Below are positions 17,049-27,275 of a stretch of DNA of 64,000 nt, one piece after another (within the stretch, counting starts at the first letter, position 1; each line of letters starts with the position of its first letter). This stretch comes from Eubacteriales bacterium (GTDB lineage: Bacteria; Bacillota; Clostridia; Oscillospirales; CAG-272). The notes under the pieces are model-generated. The model worked only from the letters and a program-made list of their open reading frames with translations. It did not search any database and was not told where the DNA came from. The stretch covers positions 1,848-65,847 of the forward strand of contig JBJDZM010000010.1 of NCBI GenBank assembly GCA_051867975.1. The letters run 5' to 3'. The position numbers were made by a program, and so were the translations under genes.

Positions 17049-19619
17049 TTAATTGATTTCCTCCTTGAGAGTTTCCACGATGGAATCATCCTTTAACTTT
17101 GACACGGCATAAAGCATTGTTGCACCGATAATTGCACACACGACAAGTATTACTCCGATATAAAGCGGTATATCGATCTCAAAGGGTATTGCACTTTGAC
17201 CGACCGATTTATTCATGATGTAACTTATCCCTATACTCAAAAGCAAGCTTACAGGCAGAGCCCTTAATGCATAGAATACGCTTTCAAGACTAATGATTTT
17301 CCGAAAACCTTTCGGCGTGACTCCAACGGACTTAAGCATTGCAAATTCTTTCTTACGCATAGCAATTCCGGTAGAGATTGTATTTATTATATTCGCTGTT
17401 GTAATTAGGGTAATGAGTACTATAAAACCGTAAATAAACACCTGCATAATAAAGGTAAATGCATTCATAGACTGCATACTTTCTACATAATCGCTGACGA
17501 AGATATACCCATAGTTGTTTTCATCCATAAGACTTTGAATTTTTTCGGTAACCTCGGCGTGCCAATTCGTTTCAATTCCCAAAAGATATACGCTATCATT
17601 TCTTTCGGTTTCATTTTTAAACACATTATAATACTGTGTTACCGGAATATACAAAGATATTGCTTTTTCGGGATTTAAGGTGCAGGCATAAAACTTGGAA
17701 TCATAATTTACAAAATCTTCTATTTCGATTTTAGAACTATCTAGAGCACTGATTGTAAATTCTGTGCCGAGTATTTTCTCGTTAAACACCTTTGATGAAT
17801 TTTCTTTGTGTGCAATATTATTCATGAGTAACGCCTTTGCACCGTCACCGTAGTATTTTGAACTGTCAATGGCGTTATTTTTGCAAAGTGTATTAAAGTC
17901 CTCGTCATCAATAATATTTACATAAAGTTGTGCTTTTGAACTAAAAAGGTTTTTATACGTAGATGTAAGGTAATCCGTATTAACAATAGGGTGATTTTCT
18001 TTGTCCTTACTCAATTCATTTAGTTTTTCATAGAAAAATAAAATGGAATAACTGTCATCTATCTCTGATATATTTTCAAGGTCTTTTTTAAAATCGTCCT
18101 TATGTGCATAATCTACCGATACCTGAATTTGGTATGGCATTTGGCTTTCCATTTCAATACTCATTGAAAAGAGTGAGCAAAAATAATTACAGCTTAAAAA
18201 TAAAATAACCGAAAGCGCGATAGAAACGGTTATAACCTTTGATTTTCTGCCGTTTCGTTTCAAATTTTTGTTTGCAAGCTCCCCTTCATAGCCGAATACC
18301 TTTCTGATAAGCTTTGATGATTTCAGTTTTTTAGCTTTAACCTTAATTTCATCCCTCTGTCTGATTGCGTCTATAGGTGTGATTTTTGACGCTTTGCGGG
18401 ACGGAATAAACAGTGAAATAAAAATAGTAATTACGCTGAAAACAACAATACCTATAATCGCCCATAGCGGAACTACTACGTCCATTTGCATATTGGAGTC
18501 ACTCACCCCATTAAGCATACCTGACTGTATAATTTTACTGCCTACTGCTTTGAGCGTAACACCGATTCCCAAAATACCCGCAAGAATACCCGTAGGAATA
18601 CCGACAGCCCCTAAAATTGCTCCCTCAAAATAGACTGACAGTTTTTTCTGCACTTTGGTAGCACCCACCGACGCAAGCATTCCGAGATATCTTACACGCT
18701 CGGAAAGTGACATCGCAAAAGCATTATAAATAAGTGCAACCGAGGCGATAATTATTATCACAAGCACGATCATCATCATAGGAAGCAGATCCATCAATAT
18801 GCTGTCCTTGTCGAAGGAAAACGCGGTTTGAAGATATCTTTCATTTATGGAATATTCCGAAATTCCGTTTTCCCTGATGATATCCCTTACCGTGTCAAGG
18901 GATCTATAGTTTACATTTTTGAGTTCAATATATGCCTGTACCGTCTCGCCTGCCTGCGGAATTAATTTGTCCCTGTCAAAGCCCTGAACGATAGAAAATC
19001 CATCGGTGGCAGGATTGTCATGCAGAATAGCCGTGATCTTAAATTCCTTTTTGTCGGTACATTCAAACAACTCGTCGCCAAAATAGCTGCCTGAAAGAAT
19101 TACAACCTTCTCACCGCTCTCTTCGTCGAAGAAATAACGGTATCCCGTAGGGATCGTGACGGTATCCCCGATTTTCCAATCAAGCTTATTCTTATCAATA
19201 AGACTCTGTTCCACTGCAATTTCATGTTCATTTTGAGGAATTACGCCGTCATAATTTCCCGTGATCATCTGCTCAAGATTTACCTTGTCACCGGTATAAA
19301 TGCTGCCTGTTCCCGTTCGGTCGGTGGTTCTGTTATCAAGACGGAATTGCAGTGTATTTTCTGCCCGGCGTAAGCCAACCCTTTCAATGCGGTCATCTTT
19401 TGTGAGTTTTTCAAGCTGTGATTCATTAACCGTCAAAACAGCGTGTTGATGACCTTTTGTCAAAAGCTGAATCTCACCAAACAGGTTCATCAGAGAAGCC
19501 ACGGCAACAAAAACCGCCGTGATCATTGCAACCGAAACGCAAATTCCGAGAGTTGTAACGACCGTTCTGCTCTTGTTTTCTTTCAAATGCCGAAGAGTCA
19601 ATCTGTTTACGATCTTCAT
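17049..19619 (-). CDS. ABC transporter permease with tandem FtsX/MacB-like modules, each TM-ECD-3TM
   Basis: 856 aa. Starts MKIVNRLTLRHLKENKSRTVVT (FtsX N-terminus). Two large hydrophilic domains (about residues 45-275 and 480-715) are each followed by three TM segments. The start overlaps the ATPase stop. Confidence 0.8.
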   Translation of the reverse strand: MKIVNRLTLRHLKENKSRTVVTTLGICVSVAMITAVFVAVASLMNLFGEIQLLTKGHQHAVLTVNESQLEKLTKDDRIERVGLRRAENTLQFRLDNRTTDRTGTGSIYTGDKVNLEQMITGNYDGVIPQNEHEIAVEQSLIDKNKLDWKIGDTVTIPTGYRYFFDEESGEKVVILSGSYFGDELFECTDKKEFKITAILHDNPATDGFSIVQGFDRDKLIPQAGETVQAYIELKNVNYRSLDTVRDIIRENGISEYSINERYLQTAFSFDKDSILMDLLPMMMIVLVIIIIASVALIYNAFAMSLSERVRYLGMLASVGATKVQKKLSVYFEGAILGAVGIPTGILAGILGIGVTLKAVGSKIIQSGMLNGVSDSNMQMDVVVPLWAIIGIVVFSVITIFISLFIPSRKASKITPIDAIRQRDEIKVKAKKLKSSKLIRKVFGYEGELANKNLKRNGRKSKVITVSIALSVILFLSCNYFCSLFSMSIEMESQMPYQIQVSVDYAHKDDFKKDLENISEIDDSYSILFFYEKLNELSKDKENHPIVNTDYLTSTYKNLFSSKAQLYVNIIDDEDFNTLCKNNAIDSSKYYGDGAKALLMNNIAHKENSSKVFNEKILGTEFTISALDSSKIEIEDFVNYDSKFYACTLNPEKAISLYIPVTQYYNVFKNETERNDSVYLLGIETNWHAEVTEKIQSLMDENNYGYIFVSDYVESMQSMNAFTFIMQVFIYGFIVLITLITTANIINTISTGIAMRKKEFAMLKSVGVTPKGFRKIISLESVFYALRALPVSLLLSIGISYIMNKSVGQSAIPFEIDIPLYIGVILVVCAIIGATMLYAVSKLKDDSIVETLKEEIN

Positions 19620-20299
19620 TTGAGACGCACCTCATCTCTCGTGATCTTTCCGTCTTCAATCGAGATGATCCTGTCGGCTGAGAGCGCAATTTTTTCATCG
19701 TGTGTGATTATGATGACCGTTTGATTTAATTCTTTGTTGAATTGTCTTAAAAGAGAAACGATCTCCTTGCTGTTTTCACTGTCAAGATTGCCCGTCGGTT
19801 CGTCTGCAAGCATAAGTGCCGGATTATTTATGAGTGCTCTGCCAATGGATACTCTCTGCTGTTGACCGCCCGAAAGCTGATTCGGCAGATGCGTCAGCCT
19901 ATTTGAAAGACCGAGTCTGTTTACAAGCGACTCGATCTGCTTCTTGTCCGGCTTTCTTCCGTCAAGAAGGAGCGGCAGCGTCAGATTTTCTTCTACGGTC
20001 AATATAGGGATTAAATTGTAAAACTGATATACAAGCCCGATCTGCCTGCGCCTGAAAATGGCAAGTGCGGTCTCATTGAGCTTTGAGATATCTACACCGC
20101 CGATAATCACACTTCCTGACGTTGCCGTGTCCACTCCTCCGAGAATATGCAGAAGCGTCGACTTTCCCGAGCCGGAAGGACCGATAATTGCAACAAATTC
20201 ACCCTGTTCCACCGAGAAAGACACATCATCAAGAGCCTTTACCATCGTGTCTCCCTTGCCATAAGTTTTTGATAAATGATTTACTTCAAGAATTTTCAT
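19616..20299 (-). CDS. ABC transporter ATP-binding protein (MacB/BceA-like)
   Basis: Walker A GPSGSGKST, signature LSGGQQQR, Walker B LMLADEPT. Start moved to MKILEV (ATG at 20299), which sits 7 nt after the RBS AAAGGAGA. Confidence 0.9.
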   Translation of the reverse strand: MKILEVNHLSKTYGKGDTMVKALDDVSFSVEQGEFVAIIGPSGSGKSTLLHILGGVDTATSGSVIIGGVDISKLNETALAIFRRRQIGLVYQFYNLIPILTVEENLTLPLLLDGRKPDKKQIESLVNRLGLSNRLTHLPNQLSGGQQQRVSIGRALINNPALMLADEPTGNLDSENSKEIVSLLRQFNKELNQTVIIITHDEKIALSADRIISIEDGKITRDEVRLK

Positions 20300-20379
20300 A
20301 TGTTTATCTCCTTTCATGACTTCATCATATCAAATCAAACTTACAGCTCGGTGACTTTTTTATTACAATTTTGTCACAG

Positions 20380-21378
20380 TTAAACAATTGCCTTATAAAA
20401 CCTGATCTCAAACCTCGTACCCTTCGATTCCTCGCTTGAAACCTCTATTGAGGCATTCTCTTTTTCAAAAATCGCCTTTGAAAGAGCCAAGCCTATGCCC
20501 ACACTGTCGCTTGAAGCGTTCTTTCCGTGGTAAAAGCGTTCAAAAATATGGGGCAGGTCCTCTTTGGCAATTCCGCATCCGTTATCGCTAATAAAAACAC
20601 TGTCATATATGGTCGTTGATTGGGTATAGATCTCAAGCCTACCGCCCTTATCCGTGTGTTCAATGCAGTTCTTTATAATGTTGCCAAACGCCTCCGAGGT
20701 CCAGCCCTCGTCTCCGCACACGGTAAAATCATTTGCTTGGTTTTTGAGCGTGATTTCTTTTAGATCCATGGTGATAAGAAAGGGTTTTATGCTTTGGTTT
20801 ATTGCGGAGCAAACGGAAAAGTCCTCTTTTTTAAACTCCGCTGTGCCTGCGTCAAGCTTTGAAAGCTTCAAAAGGTTTGTAATCAGCCACTTCATTTTTT
20901 CAAGCTGGTTTTCCATAATGCCCAAAAACTCTTGCTGCTTTTCAGGCACGGTATTCTCCCTCAACAGATCCGACATTACCATCATGGATGTAAGGGGCGT
21001 TTTTAATTGGTGGGAAATATCCGCAAGAGCATCCGCAAGATATAGCTTGTCTTTTTTCAGCATATCGTTTTGTGAGCGAAGAAGGATGATCACCTTATAG
21101 AGATTGTTTTTGAGAATCGACAATTCACCCTCCGTGTTGTCCGCTATATCAAGGTCGTATTGACCTGCACAAACAAGGGATAAATAATTATTTAATTCGG
21201 AAAGCCTATCATACCGTTTCTTTGTGACATAGAGGAAAATTCCCGTAAGTGCCAAGCCCAAACTCAAGCAGACTATGGCACAGATCGGGCTTATAAACAA
21301 GCATATTACAGCGGAAACAACCGAAAAAACAATACCTGCAACAGCGATTAGTTTCATGTCTTTATTTATCATTTTCAA
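20380..21378 (-). CDS. sensor histidine kinase, intramembrane-sensing type
   Basis: Two N-terminal TM segments with almost no loop between them. H-box ISHQLKTPLTS. HATPase motifs NIIKNCIEHT, DNGCGI, GIGLALS. Confidence 0.85.
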   Translation of the reverse strand: MKMINKDMKLIAVAGIVFSVVSAVICLFISPICAIVCLSLGLALTGIFLYVTKKRYDRLSELNNYLSLVCAGQYDLDIADNTEGELSILKNNLYKVIILLRSQNDMLKKDKLYLADALADISHQLKTPLTSMMVMSDLLRENTVPEKQQEFLGIMENQLEKMKWLITNLLKLSKLDAGTAEFKKEDFSVCSAINQSIKPFLITMDLKEITLKNQANDFTVCGDEGWTSEAFGNIIKNCIEHTDKGGRLEIYTQSTTIYDSVFISDNGCGIAKEDLPHIFERFYHGKNASSDSVGIGLALSKAIFEKENASIEVSSEESKGTRFEIRFYKAIV

Positions 21379-22042
21379 TCATATATCCCAAGCCCCTGAC
21401 TGTTTTGATATATTCGGGGGCTGTCGGATCCTCCTCAATTTTATCTCTGAGCCTTTTAATATAAACGGTCAGAGTGTTGTCCTCCACAAAATCACCGTCA
21501 ACATCCCATATATACTCCAAAAGCCGGTTACGGGAAAGCACATTGCCTCGGTTATTCAGAAGTATCAGCAAAAGCCTATATTCCATGGCAGTTAATATAA
21601 CCTCTTTACCGCCTATGTACACCTTCGCTTCATTTGTATTTACGGTCATATTCTTTATTTTAAAAATGCCGTCCGCAGTGTCCTTGTGATACCGCCTCAA
21701 AACACTTTTAATTCTCACAAGCAGCTCTTTCACGCGAAAGGGCTTTGCAATATAGTCGTCTGCTCCGAGATCAAACCCCATAACAACGTTTATCTCATCG
21801 TCATAGGCGGTCAGAAAAATAACCGGCAGATCACCTTTTTCTTTAATCTTTTTGCACACGTCATAGCCGTTTCCGTCGGGCAGAGTCAGATCGAGAATAT
21901 AGATGGAAAAATCGTTTTCCAAAATCGTTTTGATCCCTTCTTTGACTGTTTTCGCAAGCGTTACCCTGTACCCCTCGTTTTCAAGAGAATAAGTAAGTCC
22001 TATGCCGATCGCATCATCATCTTCCAAAAGAAATATGTTCAT
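21362..22042 (-). CDS. OmpR-family response regulator
   Basis: Receiver domain MNIFLLEDDD...ILDLTLPDG...KPF, plus a winged-helix C-terminus LTAMEYRLLLIL...IKTVRGLGY. Confidence 0.9.
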   Translation of the reverse strand: MNIFLLEDDDAIGIGLTYSLENEGYRVTLAKTVKEGIKTILENDFSIYILDLTLPDGNGYDVCKKIKEKGDLPVIFLTAYDDEINVVMGFDLGADDYIAKPFRVKELLVRIKSVLRRYHKDTADGIFKIKNMTVNTNEAKVYIGGKEVILTAMEYRLLLILLNNRGNVLSRNRLLEYIWDVDGDFVEDNTLTVYIKRLRDKIEEDPTAPEYIKTVRGLGYMIENDK

Positions 22043-22118
22043 AACTTCACCTCACAAATATCTTTCTTTCGTTGATACTATTATAGCATATTTTTCCTAT
22101 TTTTCAATAGAAAACAGT

Positions 22119-22176
22119 ACAGACCGCCGACAAAAGCCCATCTCTGCCCAAGATGGACTCCTTGTCGGCGGTCTGT
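22119..22176 (-). terminator. terminator after the carrier-protein gene
   Basis: 15-bp stem acagaccgccgacaa / ttgtcggcggtctgt with a structured loop. tttt follows on the minus strand. Confidence 0.7.
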
Positions 22177-22245
22177 GAGAGAAACATTGTTCCTCAATAT
22201 TATTTGACGGGTTTATGAGAGTATCCGGGTGCGTGGAAAGTCACA

Positions 22246-22470
22246 TCAATCTTTGCGATTCTCAAGATACTTGCAAACCTCTCCGACGGTCACAAACTTT
22301 ACGGGTTCCGTAAATCTGAATCCGAAGGCAGCCTCGATCTCCATTGCAAACAGCATTATTGAAAGGGAATCCAGCCCCAGATCGTCAACGAGCTTTGTGT
22401 CTTCGGTGATGCTTTGCATATCAATGTCCTTGTTTACTTTAGAAAGAATTTCTTTAAGTTGGTCAATCAT
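22246..22470 (-). CDS. acyl/peptidyl carrier protein (phosphopantetheine attachment site)
   Basis: 74 aa. DDLGLDSLSIMLFAMEIE contains the DSL Ser motif. Confidence 0.8.
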   Translation of the reverse strand: MIDQLKEILSKVNKDIDMQSITEDTKLVDDLGLDSLSIMLFAMEIEAAFGFRFTEPVKFVTVGEVCKYLENRKD

Positions 22471-22487
22471 AATTTTTCCTCACGATT

Positions 22488-23624
22488 TCAATTCAATTTT
22501 TTAATATAGGAGCGGCGGCGCTTGTGTTGCTCGCTGTCAAAATATTTCCATTGAGAAATGACCTGTGTATTGGTTTCAAGATTGAGATTGGTCTCAAAAT
22601 ATTCCACGTCGCCCTCTTCAAGATATTGTATCATCTTGTCTATCATGACGGCGGTAATTCCCGACGACTGATATTCCGGCAATATGCCGATAAGGGCAAG
22701 GTCAACCGTTTTCGGGTTTTTCACGGCACCGAGGAGCTTGCATACGGCACTCGGCGTAAGTCTTCCGCCGCTTTTCTGCACAGACGTACCGATACCGGGA
22801 ATACAAAAGGCGAAGGAGACGACCTTCTCGTTTTCGTCACAGATAACGATAAGATATTTTTTATTTATGATAAGCATAAATTGGTCGACCAGCTGTGCCT
22901 TCATTTTTTCGGTGAACGGGACGGTGCCGTACAGATGACTGTAACAGCGGTCAAGGCAGTCAAATATGCCGTCCTTGTATTTATCTATGTATTCCTTTTT
23001 TGATAATTTTTCGGAATCGACTACGTGAAGCCTGTTGAGTTCAAGCGCTCTCTCCGCAACGCGGGAAAGCATGATATTTTTTTCTTTTGGCGCGCGCAGA
23101 CGGAATTCCAGCCAATCCACCTCTTTTGTGTATCCGCAGTTTTCGATAAGCGCACCGTAGTAATCGTAGTTGTACTGTTCTTCAAAGGTTGAGAGCTTGT
23201 CAAAGCCTTCGATCAGAAGTCCCTCGCGTTCAAGGTCGCTGTAACCGAGAGGTCCGCACACGGTGTCAAGCCCTTTGGAAATCCCCCATTTTTCGACGGC
23301 ATCGAAAAGCGCATTTGCCACTTTTTGGTCGTTTACGGCATCAAATCTTGAAAAACGCAGACGCTTTTCACCGTGAAGGTCGTTAAACTGATGCTGAATT
23401 ATTCCCTGAATTCGTCCGACCGTCTTCCCATCCCTTTGCGCCAGGAAAAACACGGACTCGCAGGTGTCGGCATATGCGTTTTTGTCGGTAAATATCTTCA
23501 TTTCGTCGCTGAACAAGGGCGGTACGAAGTAGGGCGAATCCTTGTAAAGTCTCAAAGGAAATCTCACAAACTCACGTCTTTGAGACATCGTGCTGACTTC
23601 TGATATTTTTAAACTGTCGGTCAT
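22488..23624 (-). CDS. GNAT-like acyltransferase-fold protein of unknown specificity
   Basis: 378 aa. N-terminal FVRFPLRLYKDSPYFVPPLFSDEMKIF and C-terminal LALIGILPEYQSSGITAVMIDKM, which resembles an acyl-CoA/ACP-binding beta-bulge region. The start overlaps the degV stop (TAATG). Confidence 0.45.
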   Translation of the reverse strand: MTDSLKISEVSTMSQRREFVRFPLRLYKDSPYFVPPLFSDEMKIFTDKNAYADTCESVFFLAQRDGKTVGRIQGIIQHQFNDLHGEKRLRFSRFDAVNDQKVANALFDAVEKWGISKGLDTVCGPLGYSDLEREGLLIEGFDKLSTFEEQYNYDYYGALIENCGYTKEVDWLEFRLRAPKEKNIMLSRVAERALELNRLHVVDSEKLSKKEYIDKYKDGIFDCLDRCYSHLYGTVPFTEKMKAQLVDQFMLIINKKYLIVICDENEKVVSFAFCIPGIGTSVQKSGGRLTPSAVCKLLGAVKNPKTVDLALIGILPEYQSSGITAVMIDKMIQYLEEGDVEYFETNLNLETNTQVISQWKYFDSEQHKRRRSYIKKLN

Positions 23625-24535
23625 TATTCCTCATCCTCCAACGGCTCATCCTCGCGGCGCAAGAATGCAAGTCCGTATCCCGCAAGCCAAGGCCCGTTGT
23701 GACAGCCGCTAACGGGAGACATGATAACGTCCTCGTGATTCGTCTCTATTCCGTAGTTCTTTTCGATTTCGGTAAGCTCTTTGAGAAGAGAAGGTCCCGT
23801 ATATACGTGCCAGAGCAGATAATCCTCGGGAGAGCGGTCGCCGATGATCTCCTTGAGTATCTCGCAGGTGCGGATGAGCGCCTTTTTGGGAGTACGCACG
23901 CTTTGAAGTGCGCACAGCTCGCCCTCATGTGTGAAGTGTACCACGGGACAGATGCTCAGCATCTTGCCCATAAGTGCCTTGCCTCCCTTGAGTCTTCCGT
24001 TGTAAATAAGATAGTCAAGCCTTCCGTCAACTCCCAAAAATTCCTGACGCTTCATCATCCAGTGAATTTCCTTCACTATGGTTTCCGTCGGGATACCCTG
24101 CTCTATCATTTGCGCGGCGCGGATGGCGAGGAAGCCTTCACCGAAGCACGTGGTCTTTGAGTCTATTGCGACGACCTTCAGTCTGCCTTCGAATTCCTTT
24201 GCGATCTGACAGATGAAATTGTAGGTGCCTCCGAGATACGAGCTCAGCGCAATCACGATAACCTCCTCACAGCCATCGGCGCAGGCTTTTTCAAATGCGC
24301 GGACTACCTCATCGCGCGGCGGAAACGCTGTTGACGGAAGGTTGTTTTTGGGGTCCTGCAGAGTCTCCAGCTTGCTGTAAAATTCCACGGGATCGAGGTC
24401 GACACCCTCAATATACTCTTTTCCTTCAAAATTTACGATAAGGTGAATGATGTCGATATCATACTTTTTGTATCTCTCGGGCGCATATTCAATACAACCC
24501 GTAGACGTGCAAATTACTCTTCTCTTTTTTTCCAT
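23624..24535 (-). CDS. DegV-family fatty-acid-binding protein (FakB-like)
   Basis: 303 aa. VICTSTGCIEYAPE..., SSYLGGTYN. Length and motif pattern match DegV/EDD-fold proteins. Confidence 0.75.
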   Translation of the reverse strand: MEKKRRVICTSTGCIEYAPERYKKYDIDIIHLIVNFEGKEYIEGVDLDPVEFYSKLETLQDPKNNLPSTAFPPRDEVVRAFEKACADGCEEVIVIALSSYLGGTYNFICQIAKEFEGRLKVVAIDSKTTCFGEGFLAIRAAQMIEQGIPTETIVKEIHWMMKRQEFLGVDGRLDYLIYNGRLKGGKALMGKMLSICPVVHFTHEGELCALQSVRTPKKALIRTCEILKEIIGDRSPEDYLLWHVYTGPSLLKELTEIEKNYGIETNHEDVIMSPVSGCHNGPWLAGYGLAFLRREDEPLEDEE

Positions 24536-24539
24536 GAAT

Positions 24540-25538
24540 TCATACCTTCCTTCTTATGTCCGCTCCGCGGAAAATATCGTTGTTTTTTGCCATATTGAGC
24601 AATATGGACGAAACACTTACAATCGACTCGGAGTTGGCACTTCCGTGCGCCTTAATAATTGGCTTGCCGACACCGAGTATTATGCCTCCGCCCAGAGAAT
24701 TGAAATCGTATATCCCCAGAAGATGCGAAACGAGCTTCATCATCTCGGGGTTATTGTTTGCCTTGGCGTATTTGACAATGTCGGTAATTATCCGTCTTGC
24801 GATGCCCTCAGAGTTTTTAAGCACCTGATTTCCGGCAAAGCCGTCCGCCACAAGCACGTCACAGTCGCCCGAGAGGGCGTTTGTTCCCTCGATATTGCCG
24901 ACGAAATTGATACCGTCTTCATTTTTGAGCAGTGCATGAGTTTCCTTGACGAGCTTGTTTCCCTTCGTCTCCTCCGCGCCGTTTGAAAGAAGCCCGACTC
25001 TGGGAGCTTCTATCCCGTAATATTCCCTCATGAAATCCGAGCCCATGTGAGCAAATGCTACAAGCTGCGCCGGGACACAGTCAATGTTTGCCCCTGCGTC
25101 AACAAGGCAGGTAAATCCGCCTGCCTCCGCAGGCAGGATGGCGGCAAGAGCAGGTCTTGTGAGATTTTTTGCCGGGACGTATCGCAGTGAGCCTGCGAGA
25201 AGTGCACCCGTGCTTGACGCGTTGATAAGTCCGACAAGGTCATCTCTCTCTGCAAGCGCGGTAAGCGCTCTTACCATAGATGAGTCTGTTTTTTGGAATA
25301 TTGCCTCCATCGGATGGTCGTAGTTTGTTATGACCTCTGTTGTGTGAACGACCTCCGCTCTTTCGGGGGGACAGTTTAGTTCGGATAGCTTTTTGTTTAT
25401 TATCTCGCTGTCTCCGAAAAGTACGACCTGCAGCTCGGGATGCTTTATAAGAGCCTTTACCGCTCCTTCGACAATGACCTCGGGGCCTTTGTCACTTCCC
25501 ATGGTATCAATGGCGATCTTATATGAATTCTGATTCAT
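24540..25538 (-). CDS. plsX: phosphate acyltransferase PlsX
   Basis: KIAIDTMGSDKGPEVIVEGAVKAL...GNIEG...VLVADGFAGNQVLK...KAHGSA. Start set at MNQNSYK (ATG at 25538), preceded by the RBS GAGGAAAGGAA. The longer track ORF would overlap fakA. Confidence 0.9.
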   Translation of the reverse strand: MNQNSYKIAIDTMGSDKGPEVIVEGAVKALIKHPELQVVLFGDSEIINKKLSELNCPPERAEVVHTTEVITNYDHPMEAIFQKTDSSMVRALTALAERDDLVGLINASSTGALLAGSLRYVPAKNLTRPALAAILPAEAGGFTCLVDAGANIDCVPAQLVAFAHMGSDFMREYYGIEAPRVGLLSNGAEETKGNKLVKETHALLKNEDGINFVGNIEGTNALSGDCDVLVADGFAGNQVLKNSEGIARRIITDIVKYAKANNNPEMMKLVSHLLGIYDFNSLGGGIILGVGKPIIKAHGSANSESIVSVSSILLNMAKNNDIFRGADIRRKV

Positions 25539-25578
25539 TCTGATGTAATTCCTTTCCTCGGTTGATGTGTCCCACGGT

Positions 25579-27252
25579 TTATTCCGCGGCGATGAGATAT
25601 CTGTAAATCGCCTGTCCGCCGATAAATACTTCAACGGAAAGATTGTCAAATTTTTCCTCGATCGCCTCCGTTACCTCTGCACGCTCTTCATCGGTTACGT
25701 CACATCCGACAAACAGCGTGAGAATTTCCTTGTCCTCGATATCGGGGATTCGGCTTATCATATCGCACAGGGCTTGAATGTCTGTCGCACCTGAGGATAC
25801 GATCTCGCCCTCAAGAATACCTATCGAGTCACCCTCCTTGACATGTACGCCGCCTATGACAGCATCCCGTATGGCGGTCGATAATTCTCCCGAGACGACC
25901 GAATCTTTGGCGCAGGACATATCCGATAACTGTTCTTCAAGGTCAGTCACTGCCGGATTGAATACCGAAAGAGCGGAGTAACCCTGAACAACTGTTTTTG
26001 TGGGAATGACTTTTACATTTCCCTTCTCCCAGAGCTTTGCCGCCTGAAGAGCGGTGAGCAGAATATTTCCGTTGTTCGGCAGAACGATTATGCAGTCGGC
26101 ATCAATGTTTTCAAATGCGTTGAGAAAATCCTCAGCCGAGGGGTTGCTTGTCTGACCACCGTCAATGACCGCGTCCGCGCCGAGTTCTTCAAAAAGAGAC
26201 TTCATCCCATCTCCGTTTGCCACGCTCACCACGCCGTACATTTTGTGGATCTTTTTCTTGACATTTGAAACGGAATTTTCTTCTTTTTTTATTTTCTCGG
26301 AGTGCTGCAAACACATATTTTCTATTTTTATATTCAGAAATTCACCGTATTTCTGGCACATATCGAGAATTATACCGGGAGTCATCGTGTGCGCGTGGAG
26401 CTTTAAGATATCCCCGTTACGGGTTAATACAATGGAATTGCAGTCCTTCTCCTCAAGAGCGCGCGAAAAACTCTCCTTATCGAAATTTTCCGGGTCACCC
26501 TTGCTTCTTTGAAGCCTTACAAGACATTCGGTGCAATAACCCCATTCGAGCTGAGTATCGGTCGTGAAAAGGTCGTAGTTGACAGGAGCGGTCTCTTCCG
26601 CGACTTCGCTTACGTATGCCGCAGTATCGGACGCTTTCCCGGTGAGAGCCTCGTACATTCCCTGTGCGATACTCAGATATCCCGCGCCGCCGCTGTCAAC
26701 GACATCCGCCTCGGCTAAAGCGGGGAGAATTTCCTTGGTCCTCTCAAGAGACCGCCTGGCTTCCTCAATGTTGAGGCTTAAAAGCTGCTCCAGAGTTGTG
26801 CTGTCGTCTGTCCTGTCCATGGCGTATTGAGCGCTTTCACGGAATACCGTCAGAATGGTGCCTTCAACGGGATTTGCGACTGCGGCGTAGGCTTGCTCAA
26901 CGCCTGCCAAAGACGCTGCGGCAAAATCCTTGGCAGTAGCGGTCTCCCTTCCCGAAAGCGCACTGCTGAATCCGTCAAAATACTGAGAAAGAATAACGCC
27001 CGAGTTTCCTCTTGCACCGAGAAGAGAACCTTTTGCAAAATTCGATACTACGGTATCAACCGTAACGTCATATTCGTCCGGAATTTTAGAAATACCGCTT
27101 TCGATGGTTTTCGTCATATTTGTTCCCGTATCGCCGTCGGGTACGGGAAATACGTTCAATTCATTGATAAATTTTATTTGTGATCGAATCCCTCTGGCAC
27201 CGCCCACAAGAATTTTTCTTAGGGTGTTGCCGTCAAGCACTCTTGTTTCCAT
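25579..27252 (-). CDS. DAK2-domain protein YloV/FakA-like (fatty acid kinase catalytic subunit)
   Basis: LNVFPVPDGDTGTNM is the Dak2/DhaL signature. 557 aa, the same size as YloV, and adjacent to plsX and degV. Confidence 0.8.
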   Translation of the reverse strand: METRVLDGNTLRKILVGGARGIRSQIKFINELNVFPVPDGDTGTNMTKTIESGISKIPDEYDVTVDTVVSNFAKGSLLGARGNSGVILSQYFDGFSSALSGRETATAKDFAAASLAGVEQAYAAVANPVEGTILTVFRESAQYAMDRTDDSTTLEQLLSLNIEEARRSLERTKEILPALAEADVVDSGGAGYLSIAQGMYEALTGKASDTAAYVSEVAEETAPVNYDLFTTDTQLEWGYCTECLVRLQRSKGDPENFDKESFSRALEEKDCNSIVLTRNGDILKLHAHTMTPGIILDMCQKYGEFLNIKIENMCLQHSEKIKKEENSVSNVKKKIHKMYGVVSVANGDGMKSLFEELGADAVIDGGQTSNPSAEDFLNAFENIDADCIIVLPNNGNILLTALQAAKLWEKGNVKVIPTKTVVQGYSALSVFNPAVTDLEEQLSDMSCAKDSVVSGELSTAIRDAVIGGVHVKEGDSIGILEGEIVSSGATDIQALCDMISRIPDIEDKEILTLFVGCDVTDEERAEVTEAIEEKFDNLSVEVFIGGQAIYRYLIAAE

Positions 27253-27275
27253 ATATTTGTCCTTCCTTTAGAGCA

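Noticed and set aside
25539-25649. N-terminal extension of plsX in the ORF track (MTIFPLKYLSADRR...)
   Set aside because: It would overlap the end of fakA by 70 nt. An internal ATG at 25538 has a strong RBS and gives the canonical PlsX N-terminus (KIAIDTMGSD).
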